A DNA stretch of 64,000 nucleotides from a virus: IMG/VR virus record IMGVR_UViG_3300042520_000860, positions 14,299-78,298 of that record. One strand, given 5' to 3'. This document shows, piece after piece, positions 47,793 to 55,835 of this stretch; positions within the stretch are counted from its first letter, which is position 1; the number at the start of each line of letters is the position of its first letter. The position numbers and the translations under genes were made by a program. The notes under the pieces are model-generated. The model made no database searches. It was not told where the DNA came from and worked only from the letters and a program-made list of their open reading frames with translations.

Positions 47793-48662
47793 TTAGGCAT
47801 CAGCGGATTCGTTATTGAACTGCACGCCCATTATGAAGTCAGCGGCGCGTTGTGCTTGCGCGGCGGCTTGCACCACCAGCTTAGAATCATCCTTGAGCGC
47901 TTTGAGCCATGAGGCAATGTACGAGGCACTTGTTTTCAAAGTGTTTTCAATGCCCGCTGAGGCGCTCAAGAAGGCCGCGCCCATCTCGGCGACTAACTCT
48001 TCCTTGGCGTAGCACTCATCACCGAAGGCCGCCAGCTCCGTAACGCCAGCGCGGTTTAAGCGCGACTCATGACCCGTGGCGTGGGTTAGCTCATGGAAAA
48101 GGACTGAGTAGTAATTGCCCTCGGCATCGAATGACTCACGCGGCGGCATCGTCACGCTATCCTCGCAGGGGCGATAAAAAGCACGCCCACCTCCATGATT
48201 GATGCGGGGGGCCTTTGGCATCTCGGCCACGATCTTTTCCGCCGCCTCAATCGGGTTGAACTCTGGCAGGTTGGCGGGTGCTTCATCGACCGCAAGACCG
48301 TCGCATTGCTCGACATTGAAGACGGTGAAGTATCTCAGGAAAGGAACTTTCTTCGGCGTGCCATCGGCTTTCTTTTCGGTCTTGGAGTCAACCCAGTTCC
48401 AGAAGACAATCGGCGTTCCCTTTTCGCCCTTGCGCACTGAGCCGCCAAGGGAAGTAGCTTGCTTGAAGGTCAGCCAGTAGGGCGAGGCATACGGGGCGAA
48501 TCCAAGGAGGAACCAGTTGACGCCGCGATAAGGCTTGCGGCTGATAAAGTTAGCAGGGTTTCCGCCGTTCTCGGCTTTCCACGGCTTGCGCCATGGCACT
48601 GTTCCAGCTTCGAGTTGCGAAATGATTTGCTCGGTGACGATTTCGTAGATGTCTTTTTTCAT
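47793..48662 (-). CDS. ardC: ArdC-like antirestriction/ssDNA-binding protein with zincin domain
   Basis: PWRKPW, YRGVN, WLTFKQ, VRKGEKG, VFNVEQ, HELTHATGH, EELVAE, YIASW. Confidence 0.92.
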   Translation of the reverse strand: MKKDIYEIVTEQIISQLEAGTVPWRKPWKAENGGNPANFISRKPYRGVNWFLLGFAPYASPYWLTFKQATSLGGSVRKGEKGTPIVFWNWVDSKTEKKADGTPKKVPFLRYFTVFNVEQCDGLAVDEAPANLPEFNPIEAAEKIVAEMPKAPRINHGGGRAFYRPCEDSVTMPPRESFDAEGNYYSVLFHELTHATGHESRLNRAGVTELAAFGDECYAKEELVAEMGAAFLSASAGIENTLKTSASYIASWLKALKDDSKLVVQAAAQAQRAADFIMGVQFNNESADA

Positions 48663-48731
48663 GGTCGTATTTGGTTTTGGTTTTGGTTTTGGTTGGTTAG
48701 GGTTAGCCGGGGATGGAACCCGGCGGGTTGG

Positions 48732-49091
48732 TTAGATGCGCTTGAAGTGGATCGGGTCGCTGTACTGATCACCGGCTAGGAGGACTTTGAAAGTTTCGCC
48801 TTCGATGATGACGAGTTGTTTGTTGTCGAGAATTACTGAGTCCCTGATTTCTTGGCGCTCTTTTTCAAGCTCTTCGGCTTTTCCTGCGTAGTCAGCGGTA
48901 AGCATGGCTGGCTTTTGATTAGCCCAAGCAGTGTCGTGGCCACGCATTAGGCAATGCTCGTGAGCCTCTTCTGGGTCTGAATTGCATTCGTGGGCATATC
49001 CACGAGCCGTTCGGACTCTAATCTTTTTGGCGTATTGGCTGAAGCCGAAGCCGCGAACGACTTGGTTGTGGTGGAGTTGGATTGGATTCAT
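48732..49091 (-). CDS. hypothetical early protein
   Basis: First gene after promoter cassette copy 2. Confidence 0.65.
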   Translation of the reverse strand: MNPIQLHHNQVVRGFGFSQYAKKIRVRTARGYAHECNSDPEEAHEHCLMRGHDTAWANQKPAMLTADYAGKAEELEKERQEIRDSVILDNKQLVIIEGETFKVLLAGDQYSDPIHFKRI

Positions 49092-49127
49092 GGTCGTATT
49101 TGGTTTGGTTTGGTTTATTGCCTATTT

Positions 49128-49333
49128 GCTGGCAACGAAATCAACCTACCTTATGCCCTTTCGTTTTGCAAACTTTTTCTCGTAAATCTTTAAAATCCTT
49201 GTGTTTATGCGCCCTCTAGCTCCTTAAAAATTGCAAATTAGTTGCAAAACGTGCAAATTTTCCTCATCTTTTTGCCCTCTTTTCCTTTGTGTGTATTTTT
49301 TGAATACACTTTTGGTAAGGGCTCTTCCTCTTC
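49128..49333 (-). repeat. promoter cassette, copy 2
   Basis: Near-identical to copies 1 and 3; similarity to copy 3 extends through the leader to the ATG at 49091. Confidence 0.95.
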
Positions 49334-49357
49334 AATGAGGTAGCCTCACGCAACCCT

Positions 49358-49537
49358 TTACGCAGGTAAGTGCGCTAGAACTCTAGTCGCTTCGTCGAGC
49401 GAGCGTTGCTCCCACTCTTCGCGATGGCTAGACGTCAATCCTTCGAGGTCAGCAGCGCAGCACTTTAAGGCACTGACTAAGTCGTCAAAAGTTTTGCGGT
49501 CAAGGGTTATGCTCTGAGCGGTCTGTTCGTTGTTCAT
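49358..49537 (-). CDS. 59-aa hypothetical protein (not in ORF track)
   Basis: Manual translation MNNEQTAQSITLDRKTFDDLV...AHLPA; fills the gap. Confidence 0.55.
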   Translation of the reverse strand: MNNEQTAQSITLDRKTFDDLVSALKCCAADLEGLTSSHREEWEQRSLDEATRVLAHLPA

Positions 49538-49554
49538 TGCTTTTTAGTTTGAGG

Positions 49555-49905
49555 TTAATCTTTGACGAATACGCCGTCAATCATCTTGCCCGTTCGTCCA
49601 GCAATCTCATCGTAGGCTTGCGCAAGGCAATCATGGAAGTTCAAGCCAGCAAGTTCAGCGAGCAGAATCAAGGTCACGGTAGTGTCGCCGATCCCATCCT
49701 TCAGCTCATCCAACGCAGTCCACTGCGCGGCATCGTTTGCAGGATGCAGCAGCTTGACTGCGGCGTCGCGAGTCTCAGTCAACTCTTCCTGACTTTTATC
49801 AAGCTGGCCAAGGAGCGTGCCTTTGCCAGTGTCGCCAGTTATGCCTTTTTCAATGCCCCAGTCTTTGACGCATTGAACCAATTCTTCAAGGGTGTGGTAG
49901 TTCAT
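49555..49905 (-). CDS. MazG-like nucleotide pyrophosphohydrolase
   Basis: KSQEELTE, DGIGD, AYDEIAGRTGKMIDGVFVK. Confidence 0.85.
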   Translation of the reverse strand: MNYHTLEELVQCVKDWGIEKGITGDTGKGTLLGQLDKSQEELTETRDAAVKLLHPANDAAQWTALDELKDGIGDTTVTLILLAELAGLNFHDCLAQAYDEIAGRTGKMIDGVFVKD

Positions 49906-50138
49906 AGGGAGATCAGTTCGTCGATTTCGTATTCATCGCAGAAGCCAAAGGCTTCGATTTCATTAGCCTTCTTGACGGCGCTCAAGCGTTTGCGCATCGC
50001 GTCAACAAGTTCATCCACGGTCAACTTTTCGAATGACTTTCGCGTTTCAATAGACGCTGAGAAATCAAAGGCAATGTTGCGGAGTGGTTTTTTGGGTCTT
50101 TTGACAGACTCACTAAAGGCAAACTTTTGCTGGCTCAT
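49902..50138 (-). CDS. hypothetical protein
   Basis: ATGA overlaps. Confidence 0.55.
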   Translation of the reverse strand: MSQQKFAFSESVKRPKKPLRNIAFDFSASIETRKSFEKLTVDELVDAMRKRLSAVKKANEIEAFGFCDEYEIDELISL

Positions 50139-50347
50139 GCTCTGCCCCCAATCCAGTAGGCGCGGCTGAAGCCAAAGATACGGGCAAGCAGGGTGGGTTT
50201 GTTCTCGCTCAACTTTCGCTCGCGAATCGCGCTGAGTACAGCAATCGTGGCAAGCGGGTCAGCTCCAATTACGCCGCGATACGAGCGGCCTTCGCGGGTG
50301 GATTCAGTCTCTCTGTATTTCATTTTGTTTGGGTGTGGGTTGTTCAT
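50135..50347 (-). CDS. hypothetical protein
   Basis: 70-aa ORF in operon. Confidence 0.5.
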   Translation of the reverse strand: MNNPHPNKMKYRETESTREGRSYRGVIGADPLATIAVLSAIRERKLSENKPTLLARIFGFSRAYWIGGRA

Positions 50348-50350
50348 ATT

Positions 50351-50950
50351 TCAAGGTATCCGAGGCTGTTCGCCTTGGACAAGAGTGGTATGGGTAAAAA
50401 GCCTTAACGCTTTTGGAAGCGCAATAAGGTAGCAAAAGATAGCCGCTAGTGCGGCGCTTGCGTAAGTTGCTTTGCCGATAGCAAGCGCATAAACGAACCA
50501 CGTCGGCATCAAAGCAAAGACAGCGAGCAAAAGTAAAAGCGCAAACTCATACACAGACGCACGAAGGAATGGCCGGGTCACCTCTTTCTTAAAATTCGAC
50601 GAGGATGCCGAAATAAGGTCGCAGATAGTCGAAATCTCTTTAACAGCCGCGTTGCATGACAACGGCGACAGGCTTCCAGACGGCGCGATCTTTTTCAGCA
50701 AGTCATAATCGCCATTCGTAGATAGCTCAGTGAGCTTTTGCCGTTCCATGTAAATGATTGTTGCCAGCGCAATCGTAAAGTCCATTGAAAAAGGGATAAG
50801 GAATTGCGCCATTGCGGCTCTAGGCCAAGCGCGCGAGATAAAGGGCATCGGGATCTTACGCATTCGGATTGTGCGCATCACAAGCGAAACGATACCGCGC
50901 CGATAAAAGCCGCTCCAGTACCAAGCGCTCATGTCTACTTTTTTGGCCAT
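50351..50950 (-). CDS. multi-pass membrane protein
   Basis: Three hydrophobic segments. Confidence 0.55.
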   Translation of the reverse strand: MAKKVDMSAWYWSGFYRRGIVSLVMRTIRMRKIPMPFISRAWPRAAMAQFLIPFSMDFTIALATIIYMERQKLTELSTNGDYDLLKKIAPSGSLSPLSCNAAVKEISTICDLISASSSNFKKEVTRPFLRASVYEFALLLLLAVFALMPTWFVYALAIGKATYASAALAAIFCYLIALPKALRLFTHTTLVQGEQPRIP

Positions 50951-50954
50951 TGCT

Positions 50955-51284
50955 TCAGTCGATCTCGATGCGGGTTCCGTCGCTCATGACTTGAAAGACT
51001 GTTATGGGATTTCTCCGTGCGGCTACCCATACTCCGACTTGCGGTTTGATCCACCTCATTGAGCTTGGCCAACTCTTAACGCCGTTGATGGCGATGACCG
51101 CAGCGCTGCGGTTTTCTTCGGGAAGGCGTTGCTTAATCATCTCAGCCATGTCTCGATACGAGCGTGCGCACAGGTAGATTTGCTCGATATGCGTTTTTGG
51201 GTCAACGTCTTCCCCATAACGCTCACGGGTTCCATCAATAACGAGTCGAATAAACTTCACTTTCATTTTTTGAAGATAGTTCAC
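50955..51284 (-). CDS. hypothetical protein
   Basis: 109-aa ORF in operon. Confidence 0.55.
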   Translation of the reverse strand: MNYLQKMKVKFIRLVIDGTRERYGEDVDPKTHIEQIYLCARSYRDMAEMIKQRLPEENRSAAVIAINGVKSWPSSMRWIKPQVGVWVAARRNPITVFQVMSDGTRIEID

Positions 51285-51311
51285 TACGCTTAAAGGTCAG
51301 GGTTGTAAATG

Positions 51312-51479
51312 TTAATCTTCGCAAGAATTGCGGTCGAGATAATCCTCATAGCAGCACTCGCAAAGCAGTCCGGCGCGGGTCTTGTGGACTCTCACTTCGT
51401 CACTAAGCATCTGCTCAGGAGTGATTGTGTCGCCGCAGTCGGCGCACTGGATTGGGGTCAAACGGTCGATAACGATCAT
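51312..51479 (-). CDS. 55-aa zinc-finger protein (not in ORF track)
   Basis: MIVIDRLTPIQCADCGD...LCECCYEDYLDRNSCED; paralog of 47560-47724. Confidence 0.75.
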   Translation of the reverse strand: MIVIDRLTPIQCADCGDTITPEQMLSDEVRVHKTRAGLLCECCYEDYLDRNSCED

Positions 51480-51505
51480 GGCCTTAGTTTCCGTTTTATC
51501 TTGGG

Positions 51506-52051
51506 TCAGCGAAGCCCCTCACTTAGAAACTCTAGGAGATTTTGTTTTGGGACGAAGGAGAGCAGTGCTGCTATCGCAGTCCTGTCACCAAAGGATAAGT
51601 CTTCTTCGATCTGCTTAATCACGTTATCAACGAGGACTTCGTCTGGTTCGTCGTCGGCGGAGTCGGTAAGCAGTATTCCTTGGTGCAATGCGTGTGCGAT
51701 GATCGCGTCTCCGAAGCCCCAGACTAGCGCCTGTTCAATGGAAGGAACTGCAAGTTCATCATCAATAGTGCTTGCTGGCGCGTCGATGTGATTGGTTCTA
51801 ACAGATGGAAACCATCCCTTATTCGACTTTACTAACAAGACTTCAATCTGGTCTTGTTCAAACTCTTCGATGACGTTGTCAATCGGCTCAGTGTTAAGGA
51901 TAAAGTCTTCGATTGAAGAGTTGAGAAGCGAGTGAAGTTCAATCGCTGCCTCGGTTTCTTCGTTCTCCCCTCGGATAAACTCGCGGTGAATTTCATTCGC
52001 AAGTTCGATAGTTTCAGGGGGCAGGCTACCTATGTATTTTTTCGTTATCAT
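51506..52051 (-). CDS. acidic hypothetical protein
   Basis: 181 aa, strongly Asp/Glu-rich. Confidence 0.65.
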   Translation of the reverse strand: MITKKYIGSLPPETIELANEIHREFIRGENEETEAAIELHSLLNSSIEDFILNTEPIDNVIEEFEQDQIEVLLVKSNKGWFPSVRTNHIDAPASTIDDELAVPSIEQALVWGFGDAIIAHALHQGILLTDSADDEPDEVLVDNVIKQIEEDLSFGDRTAIAALLSFVPKQNLLEFLSEGLR

Positions 52052-52087
52052 GTCGGTTGTTTCTACTTAGTCAATTGTTGTAAAGGT

Positions 52088-52435
52088 TTACTCAGCCAAG
52101 TGGCGGGCCAGACAAGCCATCAACGACGACTCAAACTCAGCTTTGTCGCGGTAGATGACATCACCAGCGCCAGTGACGCCAGCGTTGTAATAGTAGATGA
52201 TCTTGCCCTCGCTTGGCCGGATTCCAAACCGCGCGCCGTGCATGCCGTATTTCAGCGAAGTGGCGTCGATCTTTTTGGGGTTCAACTTCAAGCGTGGCCA
52301 CAGTTCCTCAAGGACTTCAGCGTACTTCGCCCACTCGGCCTCACAAAGTTTTTGATGGGCAATCTTGAGGGCCGACTGGGCGGCAAGTTCGGCGTGTTGC
52401 GCGTCCTTGATTTTTAGTATTTGGTTAACAGTCAT
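52088..52435 (-). CDS. hypothetical protein
   Basis: 115-aa ORF. Confidence 0.6.
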   Translation of the reverse strand: MTVNQILKIKDAQHAELAAQSALKIAHQKLCEAEWAKYAEVLEELWPRLKLNPKKIDATSLKYGMHGARFGIRPSEGKIIYYYNAGVTGAGDVIYRDKAEFESSLMACLARHLAE

Positions 52436-52447
52436 GATTCGTAAGGG

Positions 52448-52762
52448 TTATGCGGCGAAGTTGGCTTTTTCAAGGATCATCAAAGTGACGGTTTCCCCTT
52501 CATCATCAATGGCTAAAGCCTGACGCCCTTCGTCAAACAAAGGAATCGGATTTCCAGAATTGGTAAACTGGTGCAGCATTTCGTAGCCATCGCAGCCGTC
52601 AGAGATGAGGAGCTGGAATCCATCACGGCCATCTTCACTGATGAATGAATCGAAAGCGACGTACTGGCAAGCCTGCTCATGCGCTTCACATCTAATGGCA
52701 TAGGCTTCTTCGAGACGATTTGCAAGAGTTGCAAAAGTGATTGAGATTTGTTCGGTGGTCAT
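52448..52762 (-). CDS. hypothetical protein
   Basis: 104-aa ORF with AAGACC-ATG leader. Confidence 0.6.
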   Translation of the reverse strand: MTTEQISITFATLANRLEEAYAIRCEAHEQACQYVAFDSFISEDGRDGFQLLISDGCDGYEMLHQFTNSGNPIPLFDEGRQALAIDDEGETVTLMILEKANFAA

Positions 52763-52788
52763 GGTCTTGTTCTAATTTGGGTTAAAGC

Positions 52789-52815
52789 GGCTGGCTTACA
52801 CTTAGTAAGCCAGCC
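52789..52815. terminator. perfect 11-bp hairpin (terminator or processing site)
   Basis: GGCTGGCTTAC-ACTTA-GTAAGCCAGCC; only a weak U-tract on minus strand. Confidence 0.55.
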
Positions 52816-52827
52816 ACCAGTTCTAAC

Positions 52828-53838
52828 TTAGCCTTGCATGCTCAGCCACTCGGTCACGATGTGGTCGAGTGCTTGGCTATCACTCACCACATCATCACCT
52901 TCGATACCAAGCGTCGCCTTGGCTGAAGCCAGTGCGTCCTTCAATAGCGCCGCTTTATCATTGAACAGGCGAAAGCTGAAGTTAATCTGGTCAGCTTTAC
53001 TATTTCCATGGATGCGGCCTCCGCCATCGACTACCTTCTTTCGCATCGATGACTTAAACTCATTAAAGGAAAGGGTTTTGGCCTCTTCCAAGATTTCGTC
53101 CACATCAGTCTCGGAGTTATTCAATGCGCGAAGCGCCTCTTTCATCTTCGACCAGCCTATTCCAGAAAGCTGAGACTCAGTGATTCCACGCTCGGTGCAA
53201 ATGCGGTAGATGTTAATAAGGTACTTGGCCTTGCGATACTTCATGCCAAGGTGATCCTCGACGAATTTACCGAAGCCACGATGGCCCGTGCCATATCTCG
53301 ATACGCCGTACTCATCCACAATCGTTTCAAAGGCAGAGGTCTCATCGATCTTGGCAAGCAGGCCGCCGATCGTAAAGTCAGTGGCACTGGATTTTTCAAT
53401 CAGTTTTTCCACAGCCTCGATCAGTCCTCCTGCCTCGGCCATCGCCGCTTTAACGGAGGCGGTGAGCTTCAACTGATCAGACTTCTGGATAGTCTTTCCA
53501 GCCTTATCCCGAACAGGCTTGGACTTGCCCGCATCAGCCTCGGCATCAGTTTGCTTGGTCTTCTTTTTCTTTGCCTTCGGCGCGGCGGTCTCGGATTCTG
53601 GCTCGCCATCGATGATGAACTCATCACGAAACAAGGTTTCGATCGCGACGGACTTCGAGTCCACAGCGACATTGTAGCTACCGTCATCGTCATTGTAAGA
53701 TGCGATGACCAGCTGGTCGCCAACGTTGATGTCGGTCTCGCCGCTGATGGGCGTGCGGAAACCGATGAACTTAATTACTGTGCCGACTTCCAAGGCGTCG
53801 GTGGCCGTCTTTGTTGTTTTTGTTTTTGCCTTTGGCAT
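52828..53838 (-). CDS. hypothetical, likely DNA-binding protein
   Basis: Lys-rich linkers; helical FGKFVEDHLGMKYRKAKYLI...IGWSK region. Confidence 0.65.
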   Translation of the reverse strand: MPKAKTKTTKTATDALEVGTVIKFIGFRTPISGETDINVGDQLVIASYNDDDGSYNVAVDSKSVAIETLFRDEFIIDGEPESETAAPKAKKKKTKQTDAEADAGKSKPVRDKAGKTIQKSDQLKLTASVKAAMAEAGGLIEAVEKLIEKSSATDFTIGGLLAKIDETSAFETIVDEYGVSRYGTGHRGFGKFVEDHLGMKYRKAKYLINIYRICTERGITESQLSGIGWSKMKEALRALNNSETDVDEILEEAKTLSFNEFKSSMRKKVVDGGGRIHGNSKADQINFSFRLFNDKAALLKDALASAKATLGIEGDDVVSDSQALDHIVTEWLSMQG

Positions 53839-53872
53839 TGTTTTATGGGGTTGGGGGTTATGGGAGAGTTAG

Positions 53873-54214
53873 TCAGAGCTTAATGCGTTGGCCAGTGATG
53901 ACGTCAACGATCACCTTGCCAGCGCCGAACGCGGCTCGCATCTCGTGCATCTGCTCGGCTGAGGGGTTGTAATCCTTCATCTGTTCGCGGTACTGGTCGA
54001 GAACTTTCTTGGTTTCCATCTTGGAAATCAGCTGGGCAACGCGCTTGTCAACTTCGGCTAGGTTGCGTCCGTTGAAATATGGCTTGCCGCACTCGTAGCT
54101 TTCCCACCCGCCGTAGTAGCGGCGGATGTAAACGGGGCCGTTGATGTAGGCAACGTACTCGCGCTGTCTGAATGCGCTCTTTTCAATGTGGTTGAGTTGC
54201 ATGGTCGTTTTCAT
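53873..54214 (-). CDS. hypothetical protein
   Basis: EMRAAFGAG..VDVITG C-terminus; (CAAC)n leader. Confidence 0.6.
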   Translation of the reverse strand: MKTTMQLNHIEKSAFRQREYVAYINGPVYIRRYYGGWESYECGKPYFNGRNLAEVDKRVAQLISKMETKKVLDQYREQMKDYNPSAEQMHEMRAAFGAGKVIVDVITGQRIKL

Positions 54215-54249
54215 GTTGGTTGGTTGGTTGTCGGGGTTGGTTGTAATGT

Positions 54250-54453
54250 TTACTTGCTTGCTATCTCTTGGCGCGCCAGCGCGGCAGCGAGGAAGAGTTG
54301 ATCTGAGGCTGATTTGCGTGCGTCTCTGATCTCAGCCAGCAGTGCGAGAGCCTCTTCAAGATCCTCATCTGAGGCCATAGGATGCGTGAGCGAGCAAAGC
54401 GCTTCGTACATATCAGCGGCGAATGGGGCGAGGGCAAAGTCTGTCGGTGTCAT
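54250..54453 (-). CDS. hypothetical protein
   Basis: ACGACC-ATG leader. Confidence 0.6.
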   Translation of the reverse strand: MTPTDFALAPFAADMYEALCSLTHPMASDEDLEEALALLAEIRDARKSASDQLFLAAALARQEIASK

Positions 54454-54467
54454 GGTCGTTTGTTTGG

Positions 54468-54686
54468 TTAGGCGATTGCACGGAGGGAGTTGAATCGATC
54501 AAGCGTGGCTTGTGGCGTGCCTTGTGGGTGCGCGACCCAAAGGGAATGCTTTTTGGCCTTGACGAATCGCGAAGGTTTCCCTCCGCCGCATTTGACCCAT
54601 TGGCCGCATTGCAGTTTCAACTGACCGCAAAGGATGGCTTCTTGGATTCCAGTTTCCCAAAGGTTGATAGTCGGTAGGTATTTCAT
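54468..54686 (-). CDS. hypothetical protein
   Basis: 72-aa ORF. Confidence 0.55.
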   Translation of the reverse strand: MKYLPTINLWETGIQEAILCGQLKLQCGQWVKCGGGKPSRFVKAKKHSLWVAHPQGTPQATLDRFNSLRAIA

Positions 54687-54706
54687 TCTGGTGGTTCTGG
54701 TGAGTG

Positions 54707-54991
54707 TTAGCCGAGGATGGCGTTGAGTTGATCGCGAAGCGCGGCGGCTGCTTCAATTGACAGTCCTATGATTTGCTTGCAGTTGCCGGACTCCGTCGTG
54801 AATCCGAGTTCGATTGCGGCTTCGCCTTGCTTGGCGCGATGATTGAAAGCAAAGCCGAGTTTGGACTCAACGTTGGTCTGAAGCGATGCGTCGATCCGCA
54901 GGTGAGAGGCAGGGCCTATCGAATCGCAAAAGATTCCATAGTCGGTGTAAAGGGCGGCGGTTTGCTGGACGTATTTGACTTGGTTTTTCAT
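54707..54991 (-). CDS. hypothetical early protein
   Basis: Start MKNQVK, directly after cassette copy 3 leader. Confidence 0.6.
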   Translation of the reverse strand: MKNQVKYVQQTAALYTDYGIFCDSIGPASHLRIDASLQTNVESKLGFAFNHRAKQGEAAIELGFTTESGNCKQIIGLSIEAAAALRDQLNAILG

Positions 54992-55034
54992 GGTCGTTTG
55001 TTTGGTTTGGTTTGGTTTGGTTAATTGCCTATTT

Positions 55035-55237
55035 GCTGGCAACGAAATCAACCTACCTTATGCCCTTTCGTTTTGCAAACTTTTTCTCGTAAATCTTTAA
55101 AATCCTTGTGTTTATGCGCCCTGTAGCTCCTAAATAGTTGCAAACTATTTGCAAAACGTGCAAATTTTCCTCATCTTTTTGCCCTCTTTTCCTTTGTGTG
55201 TATTTTTTGAATACACTTTGGCAAATCCTCTTCCTCT
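55035..55237 (-). repeat. promoter cassette, copy 3
   Basis: Near-identical to copies 1 and 2. Confidence 0.95.
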
Positions 55238-55242
55238 ACACA

Positions 55243-55830
55243 TCAGAGACGCGAGGCACTTTGCGCAGAAGAAGTCATACGAACACACGAGGAATTAACG
55301 AAGCTAGTTCGTGTCTCGATTTGAACGCGAACCAAGGCAAGTTGAGCTAGTGCATGAGCATCGCATTCGTCATCAGTTTGAAATGATACATTCCATCGCT
55401 TGTAACTTTCCAATGCAATTCGGTTCTTTTGTAAATTGCCAGCTGACGGCAAAACGAACTTTTTCAAAGTCATAGGCGGAACGATCAACGTTGGGATTTT
55501 CCATTCGTAAAGTAAGACGCGAATCAAGCCACCCCATTCGGCCACTGCTTCGCGTGCGTGCTTGCTTCCAAACGAATAGCCTTCCAGCGCGCAAGCAGTG
55601 GGCAGAGTTCGTTTGAAGTAAGCGTCAAGCGCATCGCGTAGCTCAACCAGCCTAGCGGGGCCAGTTTTCTTTGAGCCTAAGGTTGTAGATTCAATCAACG
55701 CGCCGTGATGGTCAATCACACAAAGGCCAGTCGAAGTGAGCGACGGGTCAATGCCAAGAATTGAGTCAACATCACTCAACGGACGAGACAGCAGGGGAAT
55801 AGATGCGGCGGGTTTTGATTTTCGGGGCAT
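55243..55830 (-). CDS. ruvC: RuvC-like Holliday junction resolvase
   Basis: LGIDPS, ALEG, PMTLKK, DDECDA motifs. Confidence 0.85.
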   Translation of the reverse strand: MPRKSKPAASIPLLSRPLSDVDSILGIDPSLTSTGLCVIDHHGALIESTTLGSKKTGPARLVELRDALDAYFKRTLPTACALEGYSFGSKHAREAVAEWGGLIRVLLYEWKIPTLIVPPMTLKKFVLPSAGNLQKNRIALESYKRWNVSFQTDDECDAHALAQLALVRVQIETRTSFVNSSCVRMTSSAQSASRL

Positions 55831-55835
55831 AGCGT

